A DNA stretch of 64,000 bases from Chiloscyllium plagiosum. Lineage: Eukaryota. The stretch spans positions 25,802,377 to 25,866,376 of the forward strand of contig NC_057719.1 in assembly GCF_004010195.1 (NCBI RefSeq). The letters run 5' to 3'. The notes beneath the pieces are model-generated. The model searched no databases, was not told the origin of the DNA, and was given only the letters and a program-made list of their open reading frames with translations. The translations under genes and the position numbers were made by a program. Shown here in pieces: positions 1-13,542 of the stretch; positions within the stretch are counted from its first letter, which is position 1; the number at the start of each line of letters is the position of its first letter.

Positions 1-220
1 GAGCATTCAGGTAAAGTGCCTTAATGCTAACTTTCTTATCCATAGAGATATTGGAAGTCATAAGATGTCCTAAGTTATCCTTCCTTTTTGCTGCATTCCC
101 AGTCTGCCTTAAGTTTAAATCTGCCTGCACACATGCTATCCTGCTGCTTATCTTTCCATTTAACTCCATACTCCCTGTTGCTTTCACTTTCGCTTCCCCC
201 CAACTCAGAAGTTTAAAGTT
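1..220 (-). mobile_element. CR1 LINE fragment, start of ORF2 endonuclease
   Basis: Minus strand encodes IKALYLNA, similar to the YLNA motif near 22060. Confidence 0.55.
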
Positions 221-343
221 TAAAATCATCTTTACTGTATTAAACAGAACTCTTAGTTAATGCTGTTGAGTACAGTATACAGTCCCAAATATCCTTCTCA
301 CTGTGTCACAGCTATCATTACTATTTTTAAGGCCACCATGGTC

Positions 344-556
344 AGAATCAAAAAATGTGGTGCTGGAAAAGCACAGCAGGTCAGGCAGCATCCGAGGAGC
401 AGGAGAGTCAACATTTCGGGCATAAGCCCTTCATCAGGAATGTGCCCGATATATCGATTCTGCTGCTCCTCAGATGCTGCCTGTTCTGCTGTGCTTTTCC
501 TATGCCACACTTTTCAACTCTTACTATCCAGCATCTATGTTCCTAACTTTCTCCCA
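344..556. mobile_element. Short palindromic Penelope-derived element, family A, with hammerhead core
   Basis: Inverted arms about 355-421 and 443-510; minus strand CTGATGAAGGGCTTATGCCCGAAATGTT. Confidence 0.75.
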
Positions 557-605
557 TCACATTCAAAATATGTTTAAATTAACTAACTGTACATCGCTCA
601 CAATG

Positions 606-750
606 TTAAAAATCACACAGCACCAGGTTATAGTCCAACAGGTTTATTTGGAAGGTTTACTGTGCTTCCAAATGAACCTGCTGGATTATAACCTGGTGTT
701 GTGTGATTTTTAACTTTGTACACCCCAGGCTAACACCGGCATCTCCAAAT
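606..750. mobile_element. Short palindromic element, family B, ribozyme core deleted
   Basis: ttaaaaatcacac...gtgtgatttttaa inverted arms; imperfect flanking duplication catcgctcacaatg (592-605) / cattgctcccaatg (751-764). Confidence 0.75.
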
Positions 751-981
751 CATTGCTCCCAATGGTACTTTCTCCGCCCTCCAGCCTGAAGCCATCATTT
801 CCAGGTGTACTGTCAATGCAGTTCCAGGTTGGGCCAGTAGAAGGCACAATATGGCACTGAAAACTGTCAGCCATTACTTCAGTCAGGAGATTTCAAAACA
901 TTACTTTTCTAATACCAGAATCTGGAGATGCAAGCTGCACCGCAAGGGAATATTTGTGTTTGTGGAAAGAAGTATACTTAC

Positions 982-1047
982 CGTGAGTGCTACAGATCCT
1001 AGAAGAAGTATGACAGAATAAACAAGTCCTCTGCTATTGATGTGCAC
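982..1047 (-). CDS. SLC24A4: NCKX4 coding exon (66 bp), VHINSRGLVYSVILLLGSVALT
   Basis: ttttacag|GTG CAC...CTC ACG|gtaagt; NSRGLVYSV.LLLGSVALT is closer to SLC24A4 than SLC24A3 as recalled. Confidence 0.95.
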
Positions 1048-1727
1048 CTGTAAAATAAAATGAAACCTTTCAATCACAAGATCCAGGATACACTGCAGCA
1101 TCACTAAGGAATACTTGCCTCAGGGTCAGTTCAACAGCACTTGAGTTGGTCATCTGTTTAGGAGAACATTTCCCGGTGAGCTCAGTATCTTTAACTGTGA
1201 TTTTAGCTGGAGATGGAACTTTGGGTAAATATTTTCCACCTTTTTTATTTTTATAAAATAATTCATTCTCAGTGAAAGCATTCTCGCCTCTGAGGCAGGT
1301 AGATGTTTTATTTCCCCATCATGAGAAATGCAAAATGATCACAGTATGATAGCAGAAGGAAGCCTTAGCTAATGAAGTAATTAAATATAATTTGAATACA
1401 TGATACACAAGCAGATGCATAATACATTTTAAATATAATTGAAGTTTAATGTTTACTGCTCATCCCAAAACTTAGATGTTAATTCCAGGGATCAAATCAA
1501 AGACTGATTTATAAATCAGACTTTATAATTGTGAAGAAAAGACCATGTTAATGAATTGGACTGCAAGCATTCATTTTCATACCATTTCTCCATAAGGCAA
1601 CATTTTTAGGATCAATGTTTTTTCAAGCCTTGTGATTCCCAAATCCACAAAGAACAATGAGAAAGTAAAGGTATCTAAGTGTGAACAGCAACTGAACTGT
1701 TGGGCAGAAAGAGTAAAATATACTTAC

Positions 1728-1840
1728 AACAGAACCGGTGTTAATAACCATTGTCTGAAGACCCCATGGCAGACCTAGGCCTACAAGAATGTCAAAGACA
1801 TTGCTTCCCACTGTATTCGACACTGCCATGTCACCCATCC
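1728..1840 (-). CDS. SLC24A4: NCKX4 coding exon (113 bp), [38 protein letters not shown]
   Basis: ttttatttag|GG ATG GGT...TCT GTT|gtaagt; GSNVFD motif keeps the Asp linked to K+ dependence in NCKX proteins. Confidence 0.97.
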
Positions 1841-2084
1841 CTAAATAAAATAAACAGTTATAAAAGTCTGACAAGCTGTCTACACAACAATTGATGAAGT
1901 ATTAGTAACTTTTAAGGACATATCTGTAAACAAAATCCATTAAAACACTTGTTTTGGAATTTTACCGAGCTAATACCAATGTTTAAGTCTGCAAAAGTTT
2001 TATTAAGGCATATCAACGGAGTATCATGCAGTGTGATATTCCTCTGAAGTGCACTGCATTTGAAAAGAACAAGCTTGGTTTTTG

Positions 2085-2675
2085 TATGTTCAAATGCATG
2101 GGGATTGAGTTTAAGAGCCGTGAGGTTATGCTGCAGCTCTATAGACCACACTTGGAACATTGTCTTCAGTTCTGGTCACCTCATTATAGGAAGGATGTGG
2201 AGGCTTTCAAGAGGGTGCAGAGGAGATTTACCAGGATGCTGCCTGGACTGGAGGGCATGTCTTATGAAGAAAGGTTGAGAGACCTAGGGCTTTTCTCATT
2301 GGAGTGAAGAAGGATGAGAGGTGACTTGGTAGAAGTGCACAAGATGATGAGAGGCATGGATAGAGTGGATAGTCAGAAACATTTTCCCATGGCAGAAATG
2401 GCTATCATGTGGAGCCATAATTTTAAGGTGATTGGAGGAAGTTTTCGGGGAGATGTCAGAGGTAGGTTCTTTGCACAGAGAGTGTGGGTGTGGAATACAC
2501 TGCCAGCAGTAGTAGTAGAGTCAGATACATTAGGGACATTTAAGCAACTCTTGCATAGGCACATGGATGGTAGTAACATGAAAGATAGTAGGTGAGTTTG
2601 ATCTTAGAGTAGGATAAAAGGCCAGCACAACATCAAAGGCGGAAGGACCTGTACTGTGCTGTACTGTTCTATGTT
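2085..2675 (+). mobile_element. CR1 LINE 3' fragment
   Basis: RPHLEHCLQFWSPHYRKDV...RRFTRMLPGL; RGDL motif. Confidence 0.9.
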
Positions 2676-4178
2676 GTATGATTCTATGATGAGTAGGGCC
2701 TTCTATCAGGGATAAAAAACTATTAACAGTGGAATGTTTTATGCTCTGACACAAGGAGAGAGACTATTGTTGACCTCTTTAGACCTTCCTGATGGCTGCC
2801 ACTCTCACCCTTCAGCTGAGGGGTTCAAATAACTGCTCAATCAACATACCAGAGGGGGGAAAAATAGATGGCAGTCTTTGTTCAGGTTGTTATCCACTCA
2901 TTTTCAAACATTTACCAGGGCTATATTTTGTACAGGACACAGTTCACAAACTAACTTTGTGGAAAACTGACACCATCAATCATATTTTAAGTTTAAAACA
3001 GGAATATATAAGAAAGATCCATGATCCAGATTTCTTTGGTTAGTTACAAAATTAATGATTTATTGTAAACCAAATCCTATTCAACGAAGATGATAAACTG
3101 ACTAAAATATTTAATTTAGAATCTGAAAATGTAAATGCTTATTCATCCAAATAGCGCAAAAACAAGCAGAAACATATGCATTGAGTAAAGGAAAACAAAA
3201 CTGATTTCTTTCAACAGAGATTCACTCTGGGAAAAAAAATGCTTTTGGCCAATAAGTCTAAATTCTTGGAAAACAAAATAACTAAGGTGTGTAATATTCA
3301 GATGCCTGTTGGACTGGCATTCCACCACATGTGAGCACAGGCATCACCAAACACAAGTGGTGGTTTCTGCGATCTTAACAGATACAGCTTGCTCTGGAAG
3401 CAATATATTGCAAAGTCTTCCAGTCAGTCTTCAAAGGGATAATCAGCAAAGGTGCTTCAAAGACAGGAGTCACAAATTGAGCAGTCTGTTCCCTAGCAGG
3501 CTTTAGCCAACTGAAAACTTGACACTTGCAAAGCACTGTTCGAAAAGAACAGTTATAAACCCAGTCATCAAAAGATTCTGGTGTTTTCATTAAAGTAACT
3601 TCAAGTAACCAAAATCAGCAGTTATCTGGAATCTTGTGGTTTTTGAGAAACATCATTCCAATGACCTTTCATTGACCTTGTTAAAATAAACACTCCAGGC
3701 ATCTCTACAACCATTCAAACTCAAATCCGCAAAAATTGGATCCATTATAACACCCGTTTATGATTCTTTACAGCTGTATTTTTTATACAACAGTTTCAAT
3801 TTTCTTCCACTCATTAACACCAGTGAGAACGGGTTCTCTTCAAGTTATACTGACTCTTCTAAACCCAGCTGATAATAGAAAAATAACAAACTTGACCTAT
3901 TATTCAATCCAACTAATTTAAAGGAGGTTTCTGTATAATTAAATTTCCAAGATGCTGAAATCTGACAAGGTAAAATTTCTAAAGCATGAAGGCTATCAAT
4001 ATTAAACTTGAATCTTGTAAAAAAGAGAAATCAATTCTATTGATCAAACAGGTGCGATGTTTTTAATGATGCATTGGGCTGCTGGAACAACGTTATGGAT
4101 GAATCTCAGCTAAGCTGGTCAAAGTTAGCACAATGTTTCATTAATACACCAGTGTAAAATCATGAAATACTTATCTAC

Positions 4179-4293
4179 CTTGTCTGGCCACTATTAAACT
4201 AGCCATGCAATCTGGAACACTTGTTCCTGCTGCCAGAAATGTTATTCCCATGATAATATCTGGAATCCCAAGTGTATACCCCGTTACGGTTAC
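4179..4293 (-). CDS. SLC24A4: NCKX4 coding exon (115 bp), [39 protein letters not shown], alpha-2 repeat
   Basis: tttgcag|GTA ACC...AGA CAA G|gtagat; [13 protein letters not shown] motif intact. Confidence 0.97.
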
Positions 4294-4625
4294 CTGCAAA
4301 CAGAAAAAAAGGCAAATATAATCAACTGTCTGACAAACGTGCATTACAGTAAGATCGGGACAAAAAGATAATTCCATTGTGTCATTACTATTTTTATATT
4401 CTTTCACAGGACATATGTCACTAGCTAGGACAATATTTATTGCACATTCCAAATACTCTTGAATAGGTGGATGTGAGTTGTTCACACGATCTACTGCAGT
4501 CCACAGTGCTGTAAGGAAGGAAGTTCCAGGATTTTGACTCCTCAACAGTGAAGGAACAATGACATAGTTATAAGTCAGGATGTTGTATGACTTGAGGAGG
4601 AATTTGCAGGTGGTGTTGTTCTCAA

Positions 4626-6150
4626 AGTCATAGAGTCACAACATGGAAACAGATCATTTGCTCCAACTCATCCACGCCGACCAGACATCCCAATCTGACT
4701 TAGTCCTATTTGCCAGCGTTTGGCCCATATCCTTCTAAAGTTTTCCTATTCCTGGACCAATCCAGATATCTTCAGGGTGGCATGGTAGCTCAGTGGTTAG
4801 CACTGCTGCCTCACAGCACCAGGGATCCGAGTTTGATTCCTGCCTCAGGCAACTGTCTGTGTGGAGTTTGAACGTTTCCTCCGGGTGCTCCGGTTTCCTC
4901 CCACAATCCAAAGATTGCAGATCAGGTGAATTGGCCATGTTAAATTGCCTGTAGTGTTAGGTGCATTAGTCAGGGGTAAATATAGGATAGGGGAATGGGT
5001 CTGGGTGGGTTACTCTTCAGAGGGTCAGTATGAACTTGTTGGACTGAGGGCCTGTTTCCATTCTGTAGGGTATCTAATCTAAGAAAAAATGTAATTGTGC
5101 CAGGCTCCACCACTTCCTCTGGCAGCTCGATCCATACATGCACCACCCTCTGTGAGAAAAAATTACTTCTCAGGTCCTTTTTCAATCCTTACCTTCTCAC
5201 CCTAAATCTATGCTGTCTGGTTTTGGAGACCCCCCCCCCAACCCCACCAATCCTCGGGAAATGACTATTCACCCTATCCATGCCCCTCATGATTTTATAA
5301 ACCTCTATAAGGTCACCCCTTAGCTTCTGACACTTAGGGGAAAAAAACACAACTTATTCAGTCTTTTACATTAACTCAAACCCTTCAGTCCTGGCAACAT
5401 CCTTGTAAATCATTTCTGCACACTCTCAAGTTTAACTACAGTCTTCCTATAGAAGGGTGACCAGAATTGTACACAGGATTTGAAAGTGACCTAACCAATG
5501 TCCTGTACAGCCACAACATGATATCCCAATTCTTATACTCAATATACTGGGTAGTAAAGGCAAGGGTGCCAAACGCCTTCTTCACCACCCTGTCTACCCA
5601 TACCCCATGTTTCTTTGTTCAACAACATGCCCCAAAGCCCTACCGTTAAGTGGATAAATCCTGCCCTAGTTTGCCTTACCAAAGTACAATATACAACCAA
5701 ATACCAAAATGAATTAAACTCCACCTGCCACTCCTTGGGCCATTGGCTCATCTGCTCAAGGTCCTGTTGTAGTCTGAAATAACCATTACACCAACAATTT
5801 TGGTGTCATCTTCAAATTTACTATATACTTCCTATATTCACAACCAAATCATTTATATAAATGATGAAAAGCACTGATCCTTGTGGCACAACACTGGTCA
5901 CACACCTCTGGTCTGAAAAGCAACCCTCCACCACTACCCTCAGTCTCCTACCTTCAAGTCAATTTTGTATCCAATTGGCCAGTTCCCCCTGGATTCCATG
6001 TTATCTAATCATACTAACCACTCTACCATGCAGAACCTTATCAAAAGCCTTGTTGAAGTCCATATAGACAACGTCTACCGCTCTTCCCTTATCAATCTTC
6101 TTTGTCGCCTCTTCAAAAAACTCAGCCAGGTTAGTGAGATATGATTTTCC
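4626..6150 (-). mobile_element. Degenerate CR1 LINE 3' part, interrupted by an HE1 SINE
   Basis: Reverse complement of CR1 RT C-terminus and 3' UTR; DLRSNFFSQRVV. Confidence 0.85.
4777..5082 (+). mobile_element. HE1-like SINE
   Basis: tRNA-like head gtggttagcactgctgcctcacagc; (atcta)n tail. Confidence 0.85.
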
Positions 6151-8184
6151 AAATGCATCTATTGCCCTCGTCCTCAACCATTAATTAGGGTTTAGCAGAT
6201 GTTGCTGGAGCCTTGCAGAATTGCCGCAATACATCTTGAAGATGGTACACATTGTGCATTAGTGGTCGAGAGAATAAACGTTGAAGTGGGATACCAGTCA
6301 AGTGGATTGTTTTGTCATGGATAGCGTTGAGATTTTTGAATATTGACGGAGCAGTACACATCCAGCGAGTGGATCATCACATGACTGCTACAGATGGACA
6401 TGAAAGCCTAGTTTCATACCATCAGTTGAAGGCAATTGTCTAAGTTACAAATGTTAGTTGTAATTGTGGCGAATTGAATGGCTGGCATATCTTATTTAGC
6501 ATGATTTGTTGTATGATCGAGTCTGGGTTGTTGATAGAAGGATGTCTACACTCATATTTGTTATCATCAACAAACTTTATTAAATGTAACAAATGTAGAA
6601 AAGCTGCAAAGAGAGGCTATCTCTGGAACCCTGCACCCTTAAGTGTCTGCACCATGTAATGTGATGTCATTATGACTCAGCTGCTTAAGCACATGTTCAG
6701 TAGCTATTCTTAGAATAAATGTATTGTTAGCCCTTTACTCCACATGATTGGCAACTGAATTATTATCGGCTTCTCTCAATAACTGAACAATTCAATCTTC
6801 AATTTCATGCATGAATGCTGCCACTTAACTATGGCTGAATAGGTACAACAGAAAGACAACAACGTAATCCTGATATACAGAAAAAAGGTCTTCCTTTAAG
6901 ATGACATTTATGTTCAGTTTAGAGTTCATGAATATAAAATAATGGAAATTCCTCAAGTATCTTGGATTTCTTTTTGGCTTCTTTGTGCTCATAATGATTC
7001 AGTCTCATGTTTCTTTTTTGCACCAGCAACTGTGACTTAATCAGCCAACTCTCTGATTTTATAAATTTCAACATCTGGCACAAAGTGAAATAGTTGACAC
7101 ACACATCACACATGGAGAATCAAATTCCAGAAAATTTGCCACATTCATCAATATGCCAACCATTTGTATAGCCAGTTTCTTAGAGTTCTATCTGGAGAGA
7201 CTACAAACAAGAGTTTGCGTAGGCATCACAATTTGGAAAGCCTATCACAAGCAATCGATTAACGCTTAGCCAATAAGTAAGTTATTAATCTCAGGTATCT
7301 ACTCTCTGCTAAGAAAGATGCTTAAATCCCTAAAATGGTACAATAAATCTTCTAAGCTGTCTGTGATCTAGTGATCAAAATGATTTGGATTTGAAGGACA
7401 CTTAAAAGACAGGTGTAAAGTACTTTAAATAGTTTGCTACAAAGACTGCGTGCAGCTTTGTGGTGGCTACACTGACAGATACTATACCATGTGTCACAAT
7501 GCAAATTCAATTTGACACACATTTTCGGTGTTGATTTCCATCAAAACTGAAATAAAGTAAGAAAAACCAGCAGAAGCGATAACGTGATCTGACCAGTCAC
7601 TTATGGTTCAAATATATTTTTAAATTACCTTGCCAAAATTGCTTCTTTAAACAAAGAATTCAATAAATATTTACCTGAGCTCACCAGCCTGTTTTACCGA
7701 TGTTACTTCATTTACGTTAATTAGAAATTTTTAAAAAGTCTAAGCTAAAATAAAAGAGGTATGGCCTTAAGAATTCAAAAGGGGAAATAGATATTATGGC
7801 AGTGTGGTTCCGAGTTATCTGTCAGGAGCTTGGGTAAATCCCAATGCAGCTGACTCTGGGAATTTCCTGGATATCGGCACCTGGAATGGTCTGAACTTGG
7901 AGTGTGATTTCGGGATTTTGGAAGACTTCGACCCACTTAAGATTTTTAGTTAGCTAAAAACCTTGGAGGAAACTTTTATACTATTGACCCAATTAGGTGA
8001 TTGACCCCTGACCCCACCCCCTGACTACATCCAGCACCAATCCCTGACACCTCTGGACGCAATAGCCCCAACCACTGAGCTAAAACCCTGCCCCAACTTG
8101 ATACATTGCTTCAGCTGACCCAATACCAACGCCTCCTGGTTTAGCCAAACACAACAACCCCTCCTGACCAGACCCCTTGAGCCA

Positions 8185-8368
8185 CTTTAATCACTGGTTC
8201 ACTTATGTTCTTTAGGGAAGGAAACCTGCTTTCCTTGTCTGGTCTGACCGACATGTAACTCCAGATTCACAGCAACCTGGTTGATTCTTAACTGCCTTCT
8301 GGCCAATTAGGGATGGGTAATAAATACTGGACTAGCAAGCAATGCCCACATCCTGAGAATAAATGAAA
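8185..8368 (+). mobile_element. Short element or SINE sharing its 3' tail with the LINE at 52250-53285
   Basis: Tail aattagggatgggtaataaatactgg...cccacatcc matches the reverse complement of 52258-52310. Confidence 0.6.
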
Positions 8369-8704
8369 GACCCTGATCTACATGACTGTTCCCTGACTCC
8401 CTCACCTATCTGAAATCCTATTGCTTCACCCACCTCTCAGTAGCTTTCCAATTAGCTACACAACGTTTAAATCACAGAATTAGGGTACTTACTGCTGAAA
8501 AGGGTATTTAGTAGGATGTGATCCTCTGTGTTCCTGTTTTCATAGACAGTTGGATTCACCTAAACTGCTCTGGAACAGAAGACTCCAGGACACAGATTTG
8601 TGGGGAGAAATTGTCTAAAGGTAAATGCCCAGTTTTTGTTTTATCAGACCCAGAAATGTGGTTTCTGATCCGGATCAGAAAGATTTGGCCAATGTAAATA
8701 TGAT

Positions 8705-9378
8705 CAACTACTAGAAAGTGAGGACTGCAGATGATGGAGATCAGAGGTTCAGAGCATGGTGCTGGAAAAGTAAATGTAATTTACTGTATCCATTGCTCCC
8801 AATGCAGTCTCCTCCACATTGGGAATACAGGATGCCTACTTGCAGAGCGCTTCAGAGAACATCTCTGGGACACCCGCACCAACCAACCCCACTGCCCCAT
8901 GGCCAAACACGTCAACTCAGCCTCCCACTCTGCCAAGGACATGCAGGTCCTGGGCGTCCTCCGTCACCACACCCTAACCACCCGACACCTGAAGGAAGAA
9001 CGCTTCATCTTCCACCTTGGGACCCTCCAACCACATGGCATCAATATGGACTCCACTAGGTTTCTCACCCCCCCATCTTATCACAGTTTCAACCTTCCAG
9101 CTCAGCACCATCCTCATGACCTGTGCTACCTGTCCATCTTCGTTCCCACCTATCCGCTCCACCCTTCTCTCCGACCTATCACCATTACCAACACTTCCAT
9201 CTACCTATCACACTCTCAGCTACCTTGCCCCCAGTCCCACCCCGCCCTCCCATTTATCTCTCTACCCCTTCAGCTCACAAGCCTCTCTCCTGATGAAGGG
9301 CTCTTGCCCAAAACGTCGATTCTCCTGCTCCTCGGATGCTGCCTGACCTGCCGTGCTTTTCCAGCACCACACTCTCGA
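8705..9378 (+). mobile_element. 5'-truncated Penelope-like element: GIY-YIG C-terminus, terminal repeat with hammerhead core, inverted 5' piece
   Basis: NVIYCIHCSQCSLLHIGNTG..LAERFREH; core at 9290-9317 with GAAA changed to AAAA; 15-bp TSD caatgtaaatatgat (8690-8704 / 9379-9393). Confidence 0.85.
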
Positions 9379-10248
9379 CAATGTAAATATGATGCCAACT
9401 GAATAAAAATGAACCACTGGTGATAAGAATATTAGTAATACTGGGTGTTCAGAACACCAAGTCATATTAAAAGTACAGATTAGCCCTTTCACAAAACACC
9501 ACTTCTGCAATGCATTGAAAATAGCACAAGCTCAGAACTTTGCATTTCCATATCATACTGATAGGGACCATAAGTGCACTACACTTACAAGCGTTTTAAT
9601 TATTTTACAGAATGTTCCTGCAGAATCTAATTTTAGGAAAATATAATGACCATTAGTCAAAGGTTTCAAACGTAGAGAGAGAATTTCCAGTGCTTCAGTT
9701 TTGGTGAAACTAATAATGGACAATTCTTAATTGGTGACACTATCTTGATCCTTATGAGGAAGAAAGTAAGACATATTTTGTTTGCAAAGCTTTTGAATTT
9801 GTCAAGAAAATATATTGTGCACATCACTTTTGAGCAACCAACCATGAAAATTAATATATAAATGTCAGACAAAACATTTCATGCATTTACTTATATTTCT
9901 AATATATCTTTAATCTAATGTATTCAATATTTAATTTATTAATTTATTTTATGGTAACAGCTATTTGGAAACAAGATTTGAAATCTAATTTAAATAATAT
10001 TAATAATTAATGTTGCAAATGAATGGCAATTATGTTTTTATATCCTGCACCAAATCAAATTATGCAAAACGCTCATTGCAAAAAATACTATATCATCTTA
10101 TTTATCATCAGTGTTGCATTTATTTCAACATTACAATTACTCTTAAATAAGCAATCACTGGTCTACTGTTGGAAAGTTCTATAGCAGAACTTTGGTGATA
10201 CAGCTCATACAAATGGGAGGATCCTCCTTCTAGGTTTGTTGGGATAAG

Positions 10249-10469
10249 ATTAGAGTGATGCTGGAAAAGCACAGTAGGTCAGGCAGCATCCGAGGTGCAG
10301 GAAAACCGACGTTTCGAGCAAAAGCCCTTCATCAGAAATTCCTGCTGAAGGGCTTTTGCCCAAAACTATGATTTTCTAGCTCCTCGGATGCTGCCTGACC
10401 TGCTGTGCTTTTCCAGCACCATTCTAATTTTGACTCTGATCTCCAGCATCTACAGTACCCACTTCTGCC
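10249..10469. mobile_element. Palindromic family A element with back-to-back hammerhead cores
   Basis: Cores about 10308-10335 (-) and 10342-10367 (+, degenerate); 14-bp TSD tttgttgggataag (10235-10248 / 10470-10483). Confidence 0.85.
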
Positions 10470-10835
10470 TTTGTTGGGATAAGTCAAGTAAAGTGAATGC
10501 CTGTGGATCGGGACCTGCGGGAGTCTCAGGTCATTTAAACTCTATCTTACAAATATGGCTAAGAAATGTAGCTGCTTAGCAGTTAATTAACAATCCCAAA
10601 TAAGCTTCTCCCTGAGAAGCCATTAACATCAGTGCCACACAGCAAAGATGTAACTTATTCCAGTCCAATTCACTTGGTCACGTTCCATGTCTGAAGACTC
10701 CTGCATTAAAAACAAATAACTAAGTGCTCGGGTGAATTTGTTCTCGGGGAGGGATGGGTCTGGTAAAGAAAATCGGGTGAGCTGTAAAACCAGCTGCTGG
10801 TTCATTTACTTTATGGCATCTTTCAAGACAAATTT

Positions 10836-11315
10836 TGGAGGAGAAGGTGAGAACTGCAGATGCTGGAGATCATAGTCGAGAGTGTAGTGCTGGAAAACCA
10901 CAGCAGGTCAGGCAGCATCCGAGGAGCAGGAGAATCGACGTATCGGGCAAGAGCTCTTCATCAGGAATGAGGCTAGTAGGTCGGACCTGAGAGATAAATG
11001 AGAGGGGGTTAGGATTTTGGGAGAAGGTAGCTGAGAAAGCGATAGGTGGATGAAGGTGAGGGAGATAGGTCAGAATGGGGAGTGATGGACAGATCCGGAG
11101 GGCGGTGCTGAGTTGGAGGCTTGAGACTGGGATAATGTGGGGAGAGGGAAAAAGATGGACTCTTCCGCAGTAACACCTGCACCACCCCCACCTGCTCCTC
11201 CACTACATTGATGACTGGATCGTCGCTGCCTCGTGCTCCCACGAGGAGGTTGAACAGTTCATCGACTTTACCAACACCTTCCACCCTCATCTCAAATTCA
11301 CCTGGACCATCCCAA
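10836..11315 (-). mobile_element. Penelope-like fragment with inverted RT piece
   Basis: Minus-strand terminal repeat joined to a plus-strand RT piece encoding LHYIDD near 11200-11215; TSD aagacaaattt (10825-10835 / 11316-11326). Confidence 0.75.
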
Positions 11316-11524
11316 AAGACAAATTTATTGTCCAAATTTCAGATTGTGCAATGTGACAATACTGCAAATTTAAACCAAAAGTACTCTTAGTTGCGATACT
11401 GAGCTTTTTTCCTCGTTTTATATCCATTACTAGTATCAAATGCTGAATTACACCAATGCCAGTGTAGAGACAGTGAAATAAGGACTATGTCAAGGAAATC
11501 AGAAGACCTTAGGAAGAACAAGAT

Positions 11525-12270
11525 GCAGGACCTCACCATATGCCAGCTCTAAAAATTCACAATTCTGAGTGAAGAGGTATCTCCTCATTTCAGCCCTAAA
11601 TGGACAACCCTTATCCTGAGATAATGACCCCTTGTCCCAGGCTTTTCTGCCAAGGATCAGCCTCTCAGGATCTCTCCTGTCAAATTGTCTAAGAATGTTA
11701 TACATTTCAATAAGATCGCCTCTCATTTTTCTAAACTCAGGAGAACCTGGGTCCTTTGATTCGGTCCCACTGCACAGGACAGTCTTCTCAACTCTCGAAT
11801 AGTGAACCTTGTACTGCCTCTAAGACAAAAACTGTACACACTAATCCATGTGGGTTACCAAACCCGATAGAAAGACATCAGGGCTTCCTTACTCTTAAAC
11901 TGTCACCTCTGGCAATAAAAGCTAATATACTATTTGCCTTCTTTGCACTTTGCGTTGCCAGTGTGCTGACTTTCTGTGATCCAAGTAAAGCATACAAAAA
12001 CACCCCTCCAACTCAAAATCCTGTGATTCCCAACATTTACTCGGTTCTTTTTTTTTGACTATCTGTTTTTTCTATTCTTCCCACCACAGTGAACAACTTC
12101 ACAATTTCCTGCATCATATTCCATCTGCCACTTTTGTGTCTAACCACATTACTGTTCTATATCCCTTCACATTCTCTTCATTACCATCCAACAACTGACT
12201 GCTCACTTGGCTTATTATTATCAGAATACTTGGATACATTACGCTTAGTCCCTTAGTCACTGATGCAGTT
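11525..12270 (-). mobile_element. Old CR1 LINE fragment
   Basis: MRGDLIEMYNILR...FRAEMRR. Confidence 0.7.
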
Positions 12271-12312
12271 TGGAAATATTGATTTTTGACGCATTCCACT
12301 AATTACATGCTT

Positions 12313-13262
12313 TGGTGATTACTTTCCAGAGTTCGATAGATTCAGGACCAGTTCCTGCGGATTGGAGGGTGGCTAATGTTGTACCACTCTTTAAGAAAGT
12401 AGCGAGAGAGAAAGCAGGAAATTATAGACCAGTTAGTCTGACCTCAGTGGTGGGAAAGATGCTGGAGTCAATTATAAAGGATGAAATTACGACACATCTG
12501 GATAGCAGTAACAGGATAGGTCAGAGTTAGCATGGATTTATGAAGGGGAAATCATGATTGACTAGTCTTCTGGAATTTGTTGAGGATGTAACTCTGAAGG
12601 TGGACAAGGGAGATCCAGTGGATGTAGTGTACCTGGACTTTCAGAAAGCCTTTGATAAAGGCCCACATAAGAGATCAGTGAGCACAATTAGAGCGCATGG
12701 TATTGGGGGCAAAGTACTGACTTGGATTGAAAATTGGTTGGCTGACAGGAAACAAAGAGTAGTGATAAACGGATCCCTTTCAGAATGGCAGGCGGTGACC
12801 AGTGGGGTACTGCGGGAATCAGTGCTGGGACCGCAGCTTTTTACAATATATATTAATGATATAGAATATGGTATTAATAGTAACATCAGCAAATTTGCTG
12901 ATGATACAAAGCTGGGTGGCAGGGTGAAATGTGAGGAGGTTGTTAGGAGATTACAGGGTGACCTGGACAGCTTAGGTGAGTGGACAGATGCAGTTTAATG
13001 TGGATAAATGTATGGTTATCCACTTTGGTGGCAAGAACAGGAAGGCAGATTGATTCCATTTAGGTAGTAATTTAGGTAAAGGGGCAGTACAAAGAGATCT
13101 GGGTGTTCTTGTACACCAGTCAATGAAGGTAAGCATGCAGGTACAGCAGGTAGTGAAGAAGGCTAATAGCATGCTGGCCTTCATAACAAGAGGGATTGAG
13201 TACAGAAGCAAAGAGCTTCTTCTGCAGCTGTACAGGGCCCTAGTGAGACCACACCTGGAGTA
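12313..13262 (+). mobile_element. CR1 LINE RT fragment running into the gap; tail at about 13848-13915
   Basis: NYRPVSLTS, YLDFQKAFDK, SVLGPQLF, KFADDTK; stops and frameshifts. Confidence 0.92.
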
Positions 13263-13542
13263 NNNNNNNNNNNNNNNNNNNNNNNNNNNNNNNNNNNNNN
13301 NNNNNNNNNNNNNNNNNNNNNNNNNNNNNNNNNNNNNNNNNNNNNNNNNNNNNNNNNNNNNNNNNNNNNNNNNNNNNNNNNNNNNNNNNNNNNNNNNNNN
13401 NNNNNNNNNNNNNNNNNNNNNNNNNNNNNNNNNNNNNNNNNNNNNNNNNNNNNNNNNNNNNNNNNNNNNNNNNNNNNNNNNNNNNNNNNNNNNNNNNNNN
13501 NNNNNNNNNNNNNNNNNNNNNNNNNNNNNNNNNNNNNNNNNN
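13263..13542. other. Assembly gap
   Basis: Run of N. Confidence 1.

Noticed and set aside
606..750. miRNA precursor or DNA-transposon MITE
   Set aside because: The hairpin belongs to repeat family B, whose copies show long, variable TSDs and an asymmetric tail
8731..9402. 223-aa ORF as a domesticated GIY-YIG gene
   Set aside because: It starts in an inverted terminal piece, lies within a TSD-bounded truncated insertion, and has degenerate motifs
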